From Eledone cirrhosa (lineage: Eukaryota): 64,000 nucleotides of DNA. The notes beneath the pieces are model-generated. The model had not been told where the DNA came from. It saw only the letters and a program-made list of their open reading frames with translations, and searched no databases. This document shows, one piece after another, positions 12,137 to 24,980 of this stretch (within the stretch, counting starts at the first letter, position 1; every line of letters starts with the position of its first letter). The stretch is from assembly GCA_964016885.1 (NCBI GenBank), contig OZ024743.1, positions 104,842,001 to 104,906,000 of the forward strand, read 5' to 3'. The position numbers and the translations under genes were made by a program.

Positions 12137-15100
12137 TCACCTTTCATAAAACTGCCTGTGGCCAAGCACCTCTCTCTCCATTCTTATCCTTCTTCCGAAG
12201 TGATATCGGAAGAAGTAGACCAGACTATGGCCAGAGAGGAAGTTGCCTGACCTCAGACCTTTCAATCGTGTCCACCAAACAACCTCTTTCAACATGGCTA
12301 TTACGCACAGAAAAACCGCCTTTGCTTCCTTTGTGAAGAGGGGAGGCGGTTTGATTGTCATCACGGACTCGGCGGTCAATTGAATCGGCGCCACCCGCGA
12401 CAGCAGTCGTTCGGCGTAGCCCCACAGATCAGCCACGCCCGGACATTGCACCAATGCGTGCGCAACGGTTTCTTCGTGACGCACGCATCTAGGGCAAATC
12501 TTTTTTGAGGGATCCCTGCCCGGGCGCCCGTGTCTGTAGAGCCTCTCTCGAACGGGTAGAGCCCCCCGGTAGCACTGCCAGGCTAGTGACTTCTGGAAGT
12601 TGTCCATTGGTCCCGGGCCGAAAGTCCTACCGAACAGGCTGGCCAGTTCGTCCTCTTCCATGTCCAGCGACTCTCCAAGGGTGTCATCGCCCCTGCTAGC
12701 CACCAGCCCTCTATAGAATGATGAGGTGGATTCTCCACCGACGGCCTGGCCCGCTTGCCAGAGAGCCCTGAGCGCCTGAGCACACTCAGTGTGCCAGTCT
12801 CCCAGTTTTCCGGATCTTTGCTTGACCCAGGACTGCAGCTCGGTGAGCGAGACGAATCTCGGAAAGGCTCGTTTCACGAACGGAGCCCACACCGGTTGAC
12901 CAGTGAGGAATACCTGTAGGTGCCGTAGCCTTAATGCGTGCCTACGCATCATCAACCACGGCATCCCCAGCCCTCCTTTCGAAGGTTGTTGGCAGCAGAT
13001 GGATCTTCTCACCATAGGAGGGCGCTTCTTCCAAAGAAATTGGAAGAGCATGCGTTCCATGGTGGTGAGTGTTTCCTTAGGGCAAGGCGCGACAGTCAGG
13101 CGGTAGTAAGTGACAGACGCTATGTAAATGTTCGCCACCTCCGCCCGGCCTTTTAGGGACAGCTTACACTTGGCCCATTTCTGGGTTAGTGCAAACACCT
13201 TGTTCGTAACCTCGTTCCAGTTCTTTTCCACCTGGAGGTCCGGTCCAAACCAGACCCCAAGCAACTTTACCGGGCCCTCCGTCCAGTGTCCGACGACACC
13301 GTCGGGAGGCATCTGTCTGCCTCTCCACGTTCTGAGTTGCAGCCCGATGGATTTTTCCCGGTTCAGTTTCGCTCCTGAAAACCTTTCGTACTCCTCCAGT
13401 AAGGTACCGATCGCCTCGATCTCTGAGTCGGTCGATACCATTACTGTTACGTCATCGGCGTAGGCCGACACCGCTTTGCTCAATCCTGGTTCCAGGGGGA
13501 TACCCTGCAACAACTCCAACTTCCTCAGTAAAGGCTCGAGAGTCAATACGTACAGAAGGGAGGAGAGAGGGCACCCCTGTCGAATGGATCGTGTGATTTC
13601 GAACGGCTTCGAAAGGTAGCCGTTCACCTTGATCCTAGAACAGATGTGGTTGCTATGTAAGGCAGTGATCCAGCCTCTGAAAACAGGACCGAACCCAGCC
13701 GCCGCTAGCACCGCATCCAGGTAACCATGGTCGACCCTATCGAAGGCCTTAGACTGATCCACCGAAGCCGGGTTTGTTGCCAACCCTCTCTATGATGTAT
13801 CGCATGAGGTGGAGGTTATCGTGAATGAACCTGGATGGGATAGCACATGTCTGCGCATCTCCCACCAGGCCACCCACGACAAGCGCCAACCTCTTTGCTA
13901 ACACCTTGGCCAAAATCTTTAACTCTGTGTTTAGCAGGGTTATGGGCCGAAAATTATTTATACTATCTCCCTTGTTCTCGTCCTTCCTCACCAGCGTGAC
14001 TACGCCCTTGGCTACAGAACAAGGAATTCTCCCGTTCTGCTGCCAATTGCAGTAGACCGCTTCGAGGAGTTCGGAGAAGAAGACCGGCATTGCTAAATAA
14101 AGTTCGTAAGGTATACCATCGAGACCTGGAGATTTGCGTCTGCTGCATTGGCTCAGCACATCTCCGATCTCATCAGCCGAGATTGGTCCCTCGCAGGACT
14201 CTGCCTCTTCGCTCGAGAGACGCGGCAGGCCGTCGAGGTATGGACCGAAATCCACGCCCCCGCCCGGACCCTCGCCTCCCCCGAACAATCGGGCAAAGTG
14301 CCTTTGAAAGGCCTCGCACATCTGCTTAGGCTCCCGGATCACCCGTCCATCTTCGTCTTGCAACGACCGAATGGTGGATCGATTTCCACTCTTAGCTTCT
14401 GTCACGCGGGCCCAGTCAACGGCTTTGGCCCCCTCATTACCTAGAGCACGTATTTTACTTCGAATGACGCAGCCTTCGTGCTTTGCATCGAAAAACTGGT
14501 TCAAGGCCGTCCTCGATGCCAGCACTCTGGCCACATCTTCGCTCTTGATTGCCTCTTCTAATTTACCTGTTAATTCTTTCTCGTTTCTATTCCTATCGGC
14601 AGCTAACATCTTGCTTATAACTTATTGATTCTGTTCTAATCTCTCTTTTGAGAGATGCCCACCATCGGTTGTTGACGATTGCACCCGCCAACCTCTCCTT
14701 AACTAATCTGCTAATCCGGTTTCTGTAAGTCTCTTTTGCCGGTAAAGACAAATTAAGTTTCCAGTAACCGGGACCCTGTTTATGTGTTTTCTCGAGATTG
14801 ACTACGCAGGTCACTAATTTGTGATCCGTGTAGCCAACCGTGCGCATTTCTGGACAGCTTAATATGTCCCTATCCTTACTTCTAACTAAGAATCTATCTA
14901 AGTACGATCTAGATTGACCACTGTGGTTTCTTCAAGTCCAGGTAGGCACAGTTGGAAAATCTAGTCGATATCTATCGACCAAGTTAAAATGGTCGAGTAA
15001 CCCCTTGAGGCTGTTACACCCCCCTCTATTAGGACATGCTCCTGCATAGTCCCAACGTGCATCTAGGATGCATTCCAATCCCCCGCTAGAAGCAGGGAAC

Positions 15101-15481
15101 GAGACGTTCCCAGAAAAGTCTCCAAACGCTGGAAGAAGTCGGGCCGTTCAGCTCCGAAAGGGGAGTAGACGCACCTTCACTACTGCCAACGTCTAGCACC
15201 AACAAACGACCCTCCGGGTCCGAGTGCACAACCTGTACGGCAAGACCCAGGTGTTTTTGCAGCAGTACGACAACCCCACCCCCACCTCCAGGTTGACAGA
15301 GAAATGCATGCACCTCAAAGTCATCGAAGGTAGGGGCCAGCTGCCGCACGACGCTGATTCGAGTCTCACAGATAACCATTACATTTATACCACATGACCT
15401 GAGGTCATTTAGAAGCTTTGCTTGCTTCCAAGTTGAGCCCAGGCCACGTGCATTCAAACATCCTACTCTTAACACATCCAT
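12137..15481 (-). pseudogene. Tx1/L1 ORF2 (APE endonuclease, RT, zf-RVT), frameshifted
   Basis: CLNARGL, ICETR, GDWN, YLDRF and TDHK (APE); KSPGLDG, FRPITLLNTELK, DQSKAFDRVDH, IRQGCPLS and AYADDV (RT); CPRC..ETVAHALVQC. Split over four or more ORFs. Confidence 0.92.
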
Positions 15482-15514
15482 GTGGGCGGCAGAGCCAAAG
15501 GCGTGTGTAGAGAC

Positions 15515-17446
15515 CTACCTTTCCGCTTCCCGGGGTTCGGGTCGCACGACTTCCATGGGGTCGGGGGTGTTGGGTGAAGGGCTGTCTTGTGGTGGTGTGG
15601 GGTCGTCAGTGTGTGGTGGGGTTGGGGTGTTTGGAGTTGTGTTGGGGAGGGGGAAAGCTTTTTAGTAGGACGCGGTTTATGGGTTTGACAGAGGGTGGTC
15701 CTACGTCCTCCTTAAAATCCTTTTTTAGTTTATGGTAGAGGTTCATTGGGATCTTTATTAATTTTAAATGTGGGTAGTTTTCTGAAGAAACAAAGTTTAC
15801 ACCTTCGGTTTGTACCGAAGGATTATTGTATATGAGTTCATTTAATTTATTATTGTTTCTGTTGATGTAAGTATAGTGTAATGTCTTTTTTTCGGATGGT
15901 GTGAGTGTTTCGAAGAGGGGAGGGGCAGGTTTGGTTTTGTTTGTTGCTGGAGGGGTGTTTTCTGTTTTGTTGGATTGTGTTGAGATTTGGGTGGGGGTTG
16001 TTTGGCCTTGTGTGTTTTGCACATGTTTTCTTTTTTTCCTTTTAATCTGTCTGAAGGACTCCGTTTCTTCCTCCGAATTCGTTGGGTTATCTTCAGTGTT
16101 GGAGGGAAGAGGTATGTTTGCTGGTAATGTTTCCGTGTTGGTTTTCTTTGTGGGGGAGATGGATGTCACTATGTTAGACTGTGTTGTGTGTTGTGTGTTG
16201 TGTCTGCGGTGGTTGTGTTGTTTTATTGAGTGAGGGGTTGGGTGGGCCTGTATTTTGTTTTGGGGTAATGTGTTGTGACTGTTTGTGTTGTGGTGGTGGT
16301 GTAGTTTTACTGAGGGACGGGTTGGGTGGGACTGAGTTTTGTTGTTTGTTTATCTGTTGTGGTGGTGGTGGTGGAGCTGGTGTTGGTAGCAGGGTTTTCT
16401 TTTTGTTGAGTTGGGGACAGGCGGCCTTCAGGTGCCCTCTGCCTGCACAGATATGACAGGACGGCCTTCTCCCCTCCACGCTAATGTTTATATACCCGTG
16501 GCCCTCTAATAGGATTCTGTCGGGTATTTGGGCGATGTGTTCAGGCTTCATTTGCACTACCAGCTCTATACCTGTTCCACTGAACGCATTGCCTGTGGTT
16601 TTCCCAATGGAAATCACGTTGTCATTCACTGGATCGATGAAGCCAGCTATGAGCCAGCAGTAGTCCACATCTGGTATCATTGCATCCAGCCATATGCGTT
16701 GAGTTCTTTTACCCATATAAGATGGATAAAAGGTAAAATTTTTCGAACGAATCGGTGACAAAGCACATTTTTTTGCCGCCGATTCGTTCTTCATAATAAT
16801 TGCTAGGCTTCCATACAGTCTGTCTTTTCTTATGAAAGTGGTTTCATTAAGTACTTCTGTGAGTACTGTTTTGATATCTGCCTGAGTTGGCTGTTCAGGT
16901 TTTTTTGAAGTGTTGTTATGGTGCGGAACACGACCGTTCGACTTTCAATGTCTTTGGTGAGTTCTTGAGGGATTTTTACCGATAAAATACCATTCTCTCC
17001 TTCACTTATGTATTGTTTGGCGTCTGTGATTCTTCGTGCCACATCTGAAATATTTTCAGGTATATATGTCAAAGATTTCTTTGTTGTTTGTGCAAATGAA
17101 ATCTTGTTGACTTTGTCGCCTGCTTTGCTTTCTGTTATGGTGTTATTTTCAAATGTTATTTTTGTGTTTGTTGTGTCTTTGTTTGTGGTATTAGTATTGT
17201 CATGCAATTTTTCAAATTTTTTTTTTCGTTGTTGGAATCCATGTCCAGATTTGTGTTTTCGTCATTTTTCTCCGCAGATTCGTCTGTTTTTATTTTATTT
17301 TTTCCTTCCTTCTCTATGACGTTAGTTGGGAAGGAAGGGGGGACTAAGGCGTGCGAGCTTACAACTCTTACCGCTGTCCCCCCACCACTATTTTCGTTCG
17401 CTTCGTTTAACATTTCTGTCAGACGATTGAAATTTTTTTGCCACAA
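15515..17446 (-). pseudogene. Tx1/L1 ORF1 (gag-like zinc-knuckle protein), frameshifted
   Basis: GRRPSCHICAGRGHLKAAC (CX2CX4HX4C), an N-terminal SFAQ motif, a Pro/Gln/Thr-rich linker and KRKKRK. ORF pieces 17156-17446, 16830-17207, 16174-16794 and 15606-16169. Confidence 0.8.
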
Positions 17447-17836
17447 AATTTTTTAAAACAGGTTTTTCACCTCTAGGAGGGGTAAAGATGAGCTGACCCA
17501 CCGCCTGACAGTTCAGACGGGGGGTCAAGCTACACAATAGTATCAAAATTTAATTTGAACTCACAAAATTTCCGCAATAAATTTGAACAAAACTTCTGTG
17601 CGAAGTGAATTACATCCACACTGTAGAACAGACGACAGCTAGATTATTTTATATATATATATAGATAGATAGATAAATATACACGAGTGTGTATGATTGT
17701 GTATAGAATAGAAGATTATATTAATAAAAGGAATTCCAACTTTGTCTGATTTACTCGTTTTATTTACAATCGTTTAAAAATTATAATGGTATTAGAATGA
17801 AATAGTATGGTAGAATATTAAATGTTAAGTGTTAAT

Positions 17837-17875
17837 TGAACAAGTACTTTCATGTTTTTGCAATCTTCAGGTTCA
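17837..17875 (-). ncRNA. Mirror copy of the minimal hammerhead
   Basis: Minus strand UGAAC-CUGAAGA-UUGCAAAAACAU-GAAA-GUAC-UU-GUUCA. Confidence 0.7.
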
Positions 17876-17897
17876 TATTGTGTGGTGACAGTAAATA

Positions 17898-17936
17898 TGA
17901 ACCTGAGGATTGCGAAAGCATGAAAGTACTTGTTCA
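17898..17936 (+). ncRNA. Minimal type I hammerhead with palindromic stem III
   Basis: UGAAC-CUGAGGA-UUGC-GAAA-GCAU-GAAA-GUAC-UU-GUUCA; the stem III region AAGUACUU is self-complementary. Confidence 0.8.
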
Positions 17937-18042
17937 ATTAACACTTAACATTTAATATTCTACCATACTATTTCATTCTAATACCATTATAAATTTTAAA
18001 GGATTGTAAATATAACGAGTAAATCAGACAAAGTTGGAATTC

Positions 18043-18117
<75 letters not shown>

Positions 18118-18124
18118 CACCTTT

Positions 18125-18168
<44 letters not shown>

Positions 18169-18471
18169 TAACATATATACACGTTTGCGTATATCAATAT
18201 CGGTGTTTGCAATTAATTGAAAGAACACTTTCACAATTCAGAAAATTATATTAATTTTTCCAAGACCCGTGACAAGTCGCAATTGATAGGATATCACTTA
18301 CGTTAATATCTGCCGTATCATTAGAAAAATATATGTGGTTAGAGTGGATACGTACGATACTTTGGCTATTAGAAATATTTATCGTGTGCATCACACACTC
18401 ACACCAGCTACTATTTCCAGCTGTATCGAATTACTTCACGAGCATTTCGTATATAACTGTGTGTGTGTGTA

Positions 18472-18507
<36 letters not shown>

Positions 18508-18608
18508 TGTATGTATGCATGTATGTATGTATGTATGTATGTATGTATGTATGTATGTATGTATGTATGTATGTATGAATTTGTGTAAGTATGAATATAT
18601 ATAAGCAT

Positions 18609-18643
<35 letters not shown>

Positions 18644-18725
18644 AATGCATACATTTATATATGTAAATAGATATGTATATATATATATATATATATATAC
18701 ACACAAACATATATATATATATATA

Positions 18726-19140
18726 TAACGAAGGAAATGTGGTAAGGAACCAGATGGACCATAACGCACGAAAGTACTCAATACTTAGGGTAGTAGATTG
18801 GGTAATAGGAACAAGTATGACCCCGACGGCAGAGCTCAAGCCGTTTCGACGGCTAATTCTGGACTAAATAAGAATTTTTAGCCTGGTAAATAAATAGCCG
18901 AACTTCTCAGGGATAATTCCATATATGGGAAGATAGTAATTGTCAAAAGGATTGGTCAAAAGTTTGTTGTAAAGACAGATGATTCTATCATGGCATTTAG
19001 TGGGAGGTAGGGGTTTGGTGAACTTGCCGATAGAACAAAGAGGGAGTGGGGGAAACCCAGTCAAACGTTGAAAGTAAAATCTATACACCAGATTCTAAGG
19101 ATAGTGTATAGAAGGTCGAAAAAAGTGTACTGGAGAAGGG
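18726..19140 (-). mobile_element. PLE family T, longer non-fold-back copy with a degenerate complete HHR (18821-18915)
   Basis: Minus strand UAUCC-CUGAGAA-GUUCGGCUA...UAGCCGUC-GAAA-CGGC-loop-GCCG-UC-GGGG. Core G8 is mutated and the 3' end runs into (TA)n. Confidence 0.65.
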
Positions 19141-19158
19141 GAGGGGGAGGGGGTATAT

Positions 19159-19755
19159 ACACTGTACGGCTTAATTCTGGATGTTTGTTTACAAAGACAC
19201 CGAGCATTATAATAAATGTTCGGTAAATCCATACGTACATATATGTGTGCATATATGTATATATATATATATATATATACTACTGTACGTCTGTATACAT
19301 ATATGTATGTACGTATACATACTTATATTTAAGTAACAGCCAAACCAAGAGTGAGAAATGAAATTTCGTTTCATTTTTTCCGTTTATCGTTTTCGGTGCG
19401 CCCGGCCGATTAACTCACTCGATATGCAAATTAGGCTGCTCAGCCGTTAATATGCATAAGGAAAGTATATACTTTCAGACGTTCAATCATCTGGCAGGAA
19501 GGTCTACGGTGCTGACGATAGCTAATAAGCTTGAAACTAGTACATCGTTTCTTTGTCAGTGTTGAACAAATGAGCAACGATAGTTGCTAAACACTGTACG
19601 GCTTAATTCGGGATGTTTGTTTACAAACACACCGAGTATTATAATAAATCTTCGGTAAATCCATACGTACATATATATATATGTGTGCATGTATGTATAT
19701 ATATATATACACACTACTGTTCGTCTGTATACATATATGTATGTACCTATACATA

Positions 19756-19761
<6 letters not shown>
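19159..19761 (+). mobile_element. Partial tandem repeat (about 430-bp unit, about 1.4 copies) containing an HHR; PLE pLTR or retrozyme-like
   Basis: 19159-19328 is repeated at 19591-19761, with the HHR in the intervening unique part. Confidence 0.65.
19506..19548 (+). ncRNA. Minimal type I hammerhead with palindromic stem III
   Basis: ACGGUG-CUGACGA-U-AGCU-AAUA-AGCU-U-GAAA-CUAG-UA-CAUCGU; 6-bp stem I; ACUAGU palindrome; GUA ending 19542. Confidence 0.85.
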
Positions 19762-19794
<33 letters not shown>

Positions 19795-19983
19795 GATGGA
19801 AAATTGACGTAAAAGGATGATGATGGCGATGATCATGATGATATAACTATCTTCTGATGAAGGAAAAGTGCCCTAGACATTAAGACTCCTTTCTTACTAT
19901 ATCATGCATTGAACTAATATGTTTCTTCATTGTATTGTATTGTTTGGTGTGTTGTTTGTGTTTACTTTCCTATATAAATATAT

Positions 19984-20041
<58 letters not shown>

Positions 20042-20044
<3 letters not shown>

Positions 20045-20203
20045 ATAAGATGGTAATATGGACGTAAACAAGAGAAGAAACCCTTCATCAGCTGTTAAGT
20101 GTGGATCATAGAATGTTTCGACCGCCGAAATATCTATGAACCGCAGTTAACATCTGATGAAGGGTTTCTTCTCCTGTTTACGTCCATATTACCATTTTAC
20201 ACT
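20042..20203. repeat. Imperfect inverted repeat with HHR half-motifs
   Basis: Arms of about 75 bp centred on tttcg-accgc-cgaaa. Each arm reads CGAAA...CUGAUGAAGG outward. Confidence 0.7.
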
Positions 20204-20436
20204 TTGTTTACAGTAACCACGCAGCCTGCTTCGTTTCTCTCTCTCTCTCTCTCTCTCTCCCCTCCCCCTCTCTCTCTCTCTTTCTCTATATATATATATA
20301 TACATATATATATATACACACATATATATATATAACCAAAAGTTTATATGGTTCGTTGATTATTCAACGAATTCAGTTTTACAATAGATTAGAAGCACTC
20401 GACAATAATTTATCTGGAGTATCTATAATATTATTC

Positions 20437-21556
20437 GAAATATTATCATAACCAAAGTATATATTTTATTAGGCACTAGCAGCAGTACCCAGCCTTGCCT
20501 GGGTAGGTAAAATAATATCTGCTTTGATGAAAAGGTGTTGATCTTAGCGACTGCTTCTCGATGACTCATCTATGGCCACACACAGGCAATTCGGGGGAGG
20601 GTGGTGATGACCTCTATCACTGAGAAACGGGGATGACTGACGAAGAGGAATGTTGGGGGAAGGAGTTTCGAATTTGAACGAAATCGGTTGAAAAATGTGG
20701 GAGCTAGAGCCGAAAAGGCGGAAATTTGAGCGAAAAGGTGGTATATTCGAATATTTAAGCGGCTGCCACGCCGTTCCTGAACAAAAATCCAAAATGTAAA
20801 GCCAGTTTAAGACGTGAAATAATCAGATCTAGCGTAGTGTAAAATTTGAACAAAGTAGGTTGATTAATGTGGGAGCTAGAGTCGAAAAAGTGGAAATTTG
20901 AGTCCTAAAGTGGTATTTTTGAATATTTAAGTGGCTGCCACGCCGTCCCTGAACAACAAATGCAAAATATAAAGCCATTACAGCATGTGCAATGATAAAT
21001 TCTATTTTGCTTTAAAATTTGAACGAAATCGGTGGCAAAATGTGGGAGCTAGAGCCAAAAATCTTATTTTTCGATACCTAAAAAAAGGTGATCCCCCCTA
21101 TCGATTTTTATCTGCAGAATGATACCGGAATAAAAAATCGATACGCTGATATATAGAAAATACTCCCCGATGACTAATCTATGAGCCTGTAAAGTTTCAT
21201 GAAAATCTGTCGTAAGATGTAGGCCCTATAGGTAATACACAGACACACTGACACACACTCACACACATACTTAATTTTATATATAATTATATACAGATAT
21301 TTCAAAGTTACAATGGTGTTTCAGTACGTTTTCATCAAATAAAATATATAAGAGATTGGATATGCGACATACCGCTAAGGTACTTGAATCTTCAATTCCT
21401 TTAATGGCAGTACAGGAATTGAAGATTCAATTACCTTAGCGGTATGTCGCATATCCAATCTTTTATATATTTTATCTGATGAAGACGTACTGAAACACCA
21501 TTGTAACTTTGAAATATGTCTAATAAAATATATACTTTGGTTATGATAATATTTCT
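20437..21556. repeat. PLE-type fold-back (axis about 21408) whose left arm is split by a Helitron
   Basis: The right arm 21415-21556 matches 21298-21402 plus 20437-20475. HHR core CUGAUGA-AG-ACGUA-CU-GAAA-CA-CCAU-UG-UA at 21476-21505; stem I pairs poorly. Confidence 0.8.
20476..21297 (-). mobile_element. Non-autonomous Helitron
   Basis: Minus strand starts TC(TGTATATAAT) and ends with hairpin CCCAGGCAAGGCTGGG plus CTAG. It is inserted between A and T with no TSD (empty site visible in the mirror arm) and has internal repeats of about 180 bp. Confidence 0.9.
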
Positions 21557-22759
21557 CATTTATTAATATTTTGAATACAACTAGACAGAATGATAAATAT
21601 CTTCTGCAGTACTTAACTGGTAGACAGGATAAAAGACGAAGTTGACTTTGACGGGATTTGAACTTAAAGAAAAGTGATCACGAACAAACTCTTCAAAGCT
21701 TTCTTTCTGGCACTCCGCCGATTCTTCAAATTTGCTGCCAGACTTAGACAAATAGCTAATTATATATATAGTTACATACGCATTCAAGCGAGTGTATGTA
21801 CTTCTAGCAATGTCTGCTAAAGTTAATAGATTTTTAAGCGTATCTGACTATCACAGAGAGATATTAAAAAATTGCTATGATACCATCTTCATCAAATATG
21901 GCGTTTTATTTAATTAATTTGTGAACGGGAACCCCAAGAGGTGTTGCTTTTGTCGATGATAGCTATAGTATTGTTTTGTTTTTGTTGTTTTTGCTATTTC
22001 ACCATAGGTAATAATTTCGCTTATATTATTTGATTAAGTGAACCATCTTCTGGGACATTAGCATACCATTTCTTTTCAATTTCTCCTAAAACATTTGTAC
22101 TTTCGAAGCATACATTCGTCTGGCAGCGCCCTCGCTGTTAGACAAATGACGGATAGTACTTTACCACAAGTCTCGTTCATGAAGGTAATTTGAAGGACAT
22201 TTTTCCATATATAGGATATATCAATGTCCGTATCATCCAATGAAGGAGCTTCTACTTGGTCACACAATTTTTAGAAATAGTAGTTATATCTCCCTTAAAG
22301 CAAACTTATAGCGTTTACGAAAGAAAGAACACATTTAATAATGTAATTTTAGATATATGGTTGGTAAAAAGAGGAAATGGTTACGGTTAGAACACCATTG
22401 ACCATAGGTCGGCTCCGTCAGGGTTGATTTGAGTCTAAACAGTAACACCAACAACAAAAACAACGACAATAATCATTTCTAACATAGGGACGAAATCGCA
22501 TGATTTGTTGCGGATGGGTTAGATGATAGAATCAACCCCAACAATTGACTGGTATTTTATTTTAATAACCCAGGAAGAATGAAAGGCAAAGATTATTGCG
22601 ATGGTATTCGAACTCAGAACTTAAAGAGCTGGAATAAATACCCCAAGACATTTTCTCAACCACTCTTACGATTCCGCCAACCTTTAACGACAATATTAAT
22701 AACAACAAAAAAATATGCATTGATAAAGGGCTCGTCTGTCACGTGGCGGTAGTTTCTCT

Positions 22760-22968
22760 TTGGCAGTAACAGTAGAGTGTCGGACACCATGCTTTGTGGC
22801 ATAGAGTTAAGTCCCTTTAAGATTTTAGTTTAAACCCCGCCGAGGTTAGCTTTGCTTTCATCCTTACGGGGTCGATAAAATAAAGTACCAGTAATGTACC
22901 GGGGTCGATTTAATCGACTTTCCATTCCCCCCAAATTGCTGGGCTTGTGCCTAAATCAGAAACCATTA
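22760..22968 (+). mobile_element. SINE family A
   Basis: Head, core and tail present. A diverged minus-strand copy lies just upstream at about 22475-22683. Confidence 0.88.
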
Positions 22969-24568
22969 TTTATCGTGGTGTGTCTACCCCTGTCAAGTTT
23001 CGTATGATTTCCTTCATTTGTCTTCGAACCTTTAATACACAATTATAATCATCATTATAATTTAACTAGATTGACAATGGACCCCAAATATTGTCTATAC
23101 AGATGTTTACAGTATAGATCATAGTGTGTAGATAATAATAACATATTACGTTAATCTGACTGTAGTATGTATATATGAGTAGTTAGACCAATATTAATAA
23201 AAGTTGACCAGATAGAACAGCCAATAAACCAAGACACAGTGCTACCACCTACAAACTTCCCACATGTTGATTATGATTATGACATTAACTAAATCAGTGA
23301 TTTCCAAAGGTTAAGATTGTTTAAGTAGGTATTATTTGTAACATTTCTATTCTAATATGAGGGTGGTAGAGTGGCAGATCTGGTAGAGCGTCGGATAAAA
23401 TGTCATTGTGATATTTGTTGATATTTTACGTTCTGAGTTTAAATCTTGGTGCTGTAGTCTATTTAGATGGTAGACTTAATCTATCACTCGGTTTCACGCC
23501 ACCACAGAGCCCCAGTATATATTTAGCGGATTGCACCCTCTTGAATATACTGGCCAGATTTCGGACTTCAAGATAATTTCCTCCCTAGCTCCTACAACCA
23601 CGAAAACCTCGAGAAGGGTCATGGGCACCGCCCCTTCTCTTGGTTAACCGATGAAATTGTCTTAAGGTGGAGATTGATTGAAACTTGTAAGGGTTATCGA
23701 TGTGTCAGTATTTGTATATATTCTTTGTTGTTGGATCTCCATCGGTTCTGACAACGAGTGCTCCAGCCGACTCGTCCAATTAAAATGTAAGTGACTGAGT
23801 ATTCCCCAGATAAGTGTACTCTTGACGAAATTACAAGGGATATTTAGCGTGACAGTGTGTATGACAAGGCTGGTCCTATAAATTACTGGTACTGAGCAAC
23901 CGACAAACTTCCAAACAGTTTCCATCTATCCAATTTCACTTAAAAAGTATTGGCCAACCTGAGTCTATGGTACATGATACATGCCTAAGAAACTACGCAG
24001 TCGTATGGAACTCGGATCCCAATGATTAGGAAGCTCTGTGGATTGGATCCACGCAAACAATAATGTCTGGTCAAAGATACAACGCACCACGGGGAACCAA
24101 ACTTACGACCTTAGGATCGTGAGCGTAACACCCTAACATTTAATCCCCATGATTTAACATTTATATATTTACGTATTAACCAAATAAACTTAAGCAGATG
24201 TACGCTTGCTTCAATGTCTTTGACGGCCTTCAAATTTGTAAAATAGTTGCCTAGGCAATGTTCACAAAGTCAGCAAAGATCTAGGCGAATTGTTGAGATA
24301 GGCCTTTGCAGGCAGAAATACAATGAATGTTCATTTTAGGCGAGAAATAAAAATTCTAATGTAGAAATGAGTGCCAAAGAAAACTTGTTCTCAATGCTTC
24401 AAAGTTTGACATAAAGCCAAGAACATATAATCGACTTCAGCATAAAGTCATGAAACCAATAGTCCATAGAACTGTTTATATGAGAAGACAGAATTTTATA
24501 AAGAAAATAAAACATAAATTTCAAACTCCTTCAACACACTGACACATACATGCATATCTATATTTATA

Positions 24569-24980
<412 letters not shown>

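Larger units (their letters stand above)
11867..17650 (-). mobile_element. Near full-length Tx1/L1-clade non-LTR retrotransposon
   Basis: ORF1 has a CCHC knuckle and ORF2 has APE, RT and a C-terminal zinc finger. The 3' end AATAAAGAA runs into (TA)n and the 5' end also abuts (TA)n. Confidence 0.92.
17725..18048. repeat. Inverted repeat with arms of about 155 bp (PLE pseudo-LTR fold-back)
   Basis: Near-perfect arms around a loop of about 16 nt near 17885. Each arm carries an HHR, and (TA)n flanks the structure. Confidence 0.9.

Noticed and set aside
20660-21060. Spaced repeats resembling a CRISPR array
   Set aside because: They are internal tandem repeats of about 180 bp in a Helitron, in a eukaryotic context with no cas genes.
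22050-22270. Possible host exon (63-aa ORF, nearby GT donor)
   Set aside because: No recognisable homology, and a stop precedes the donor.
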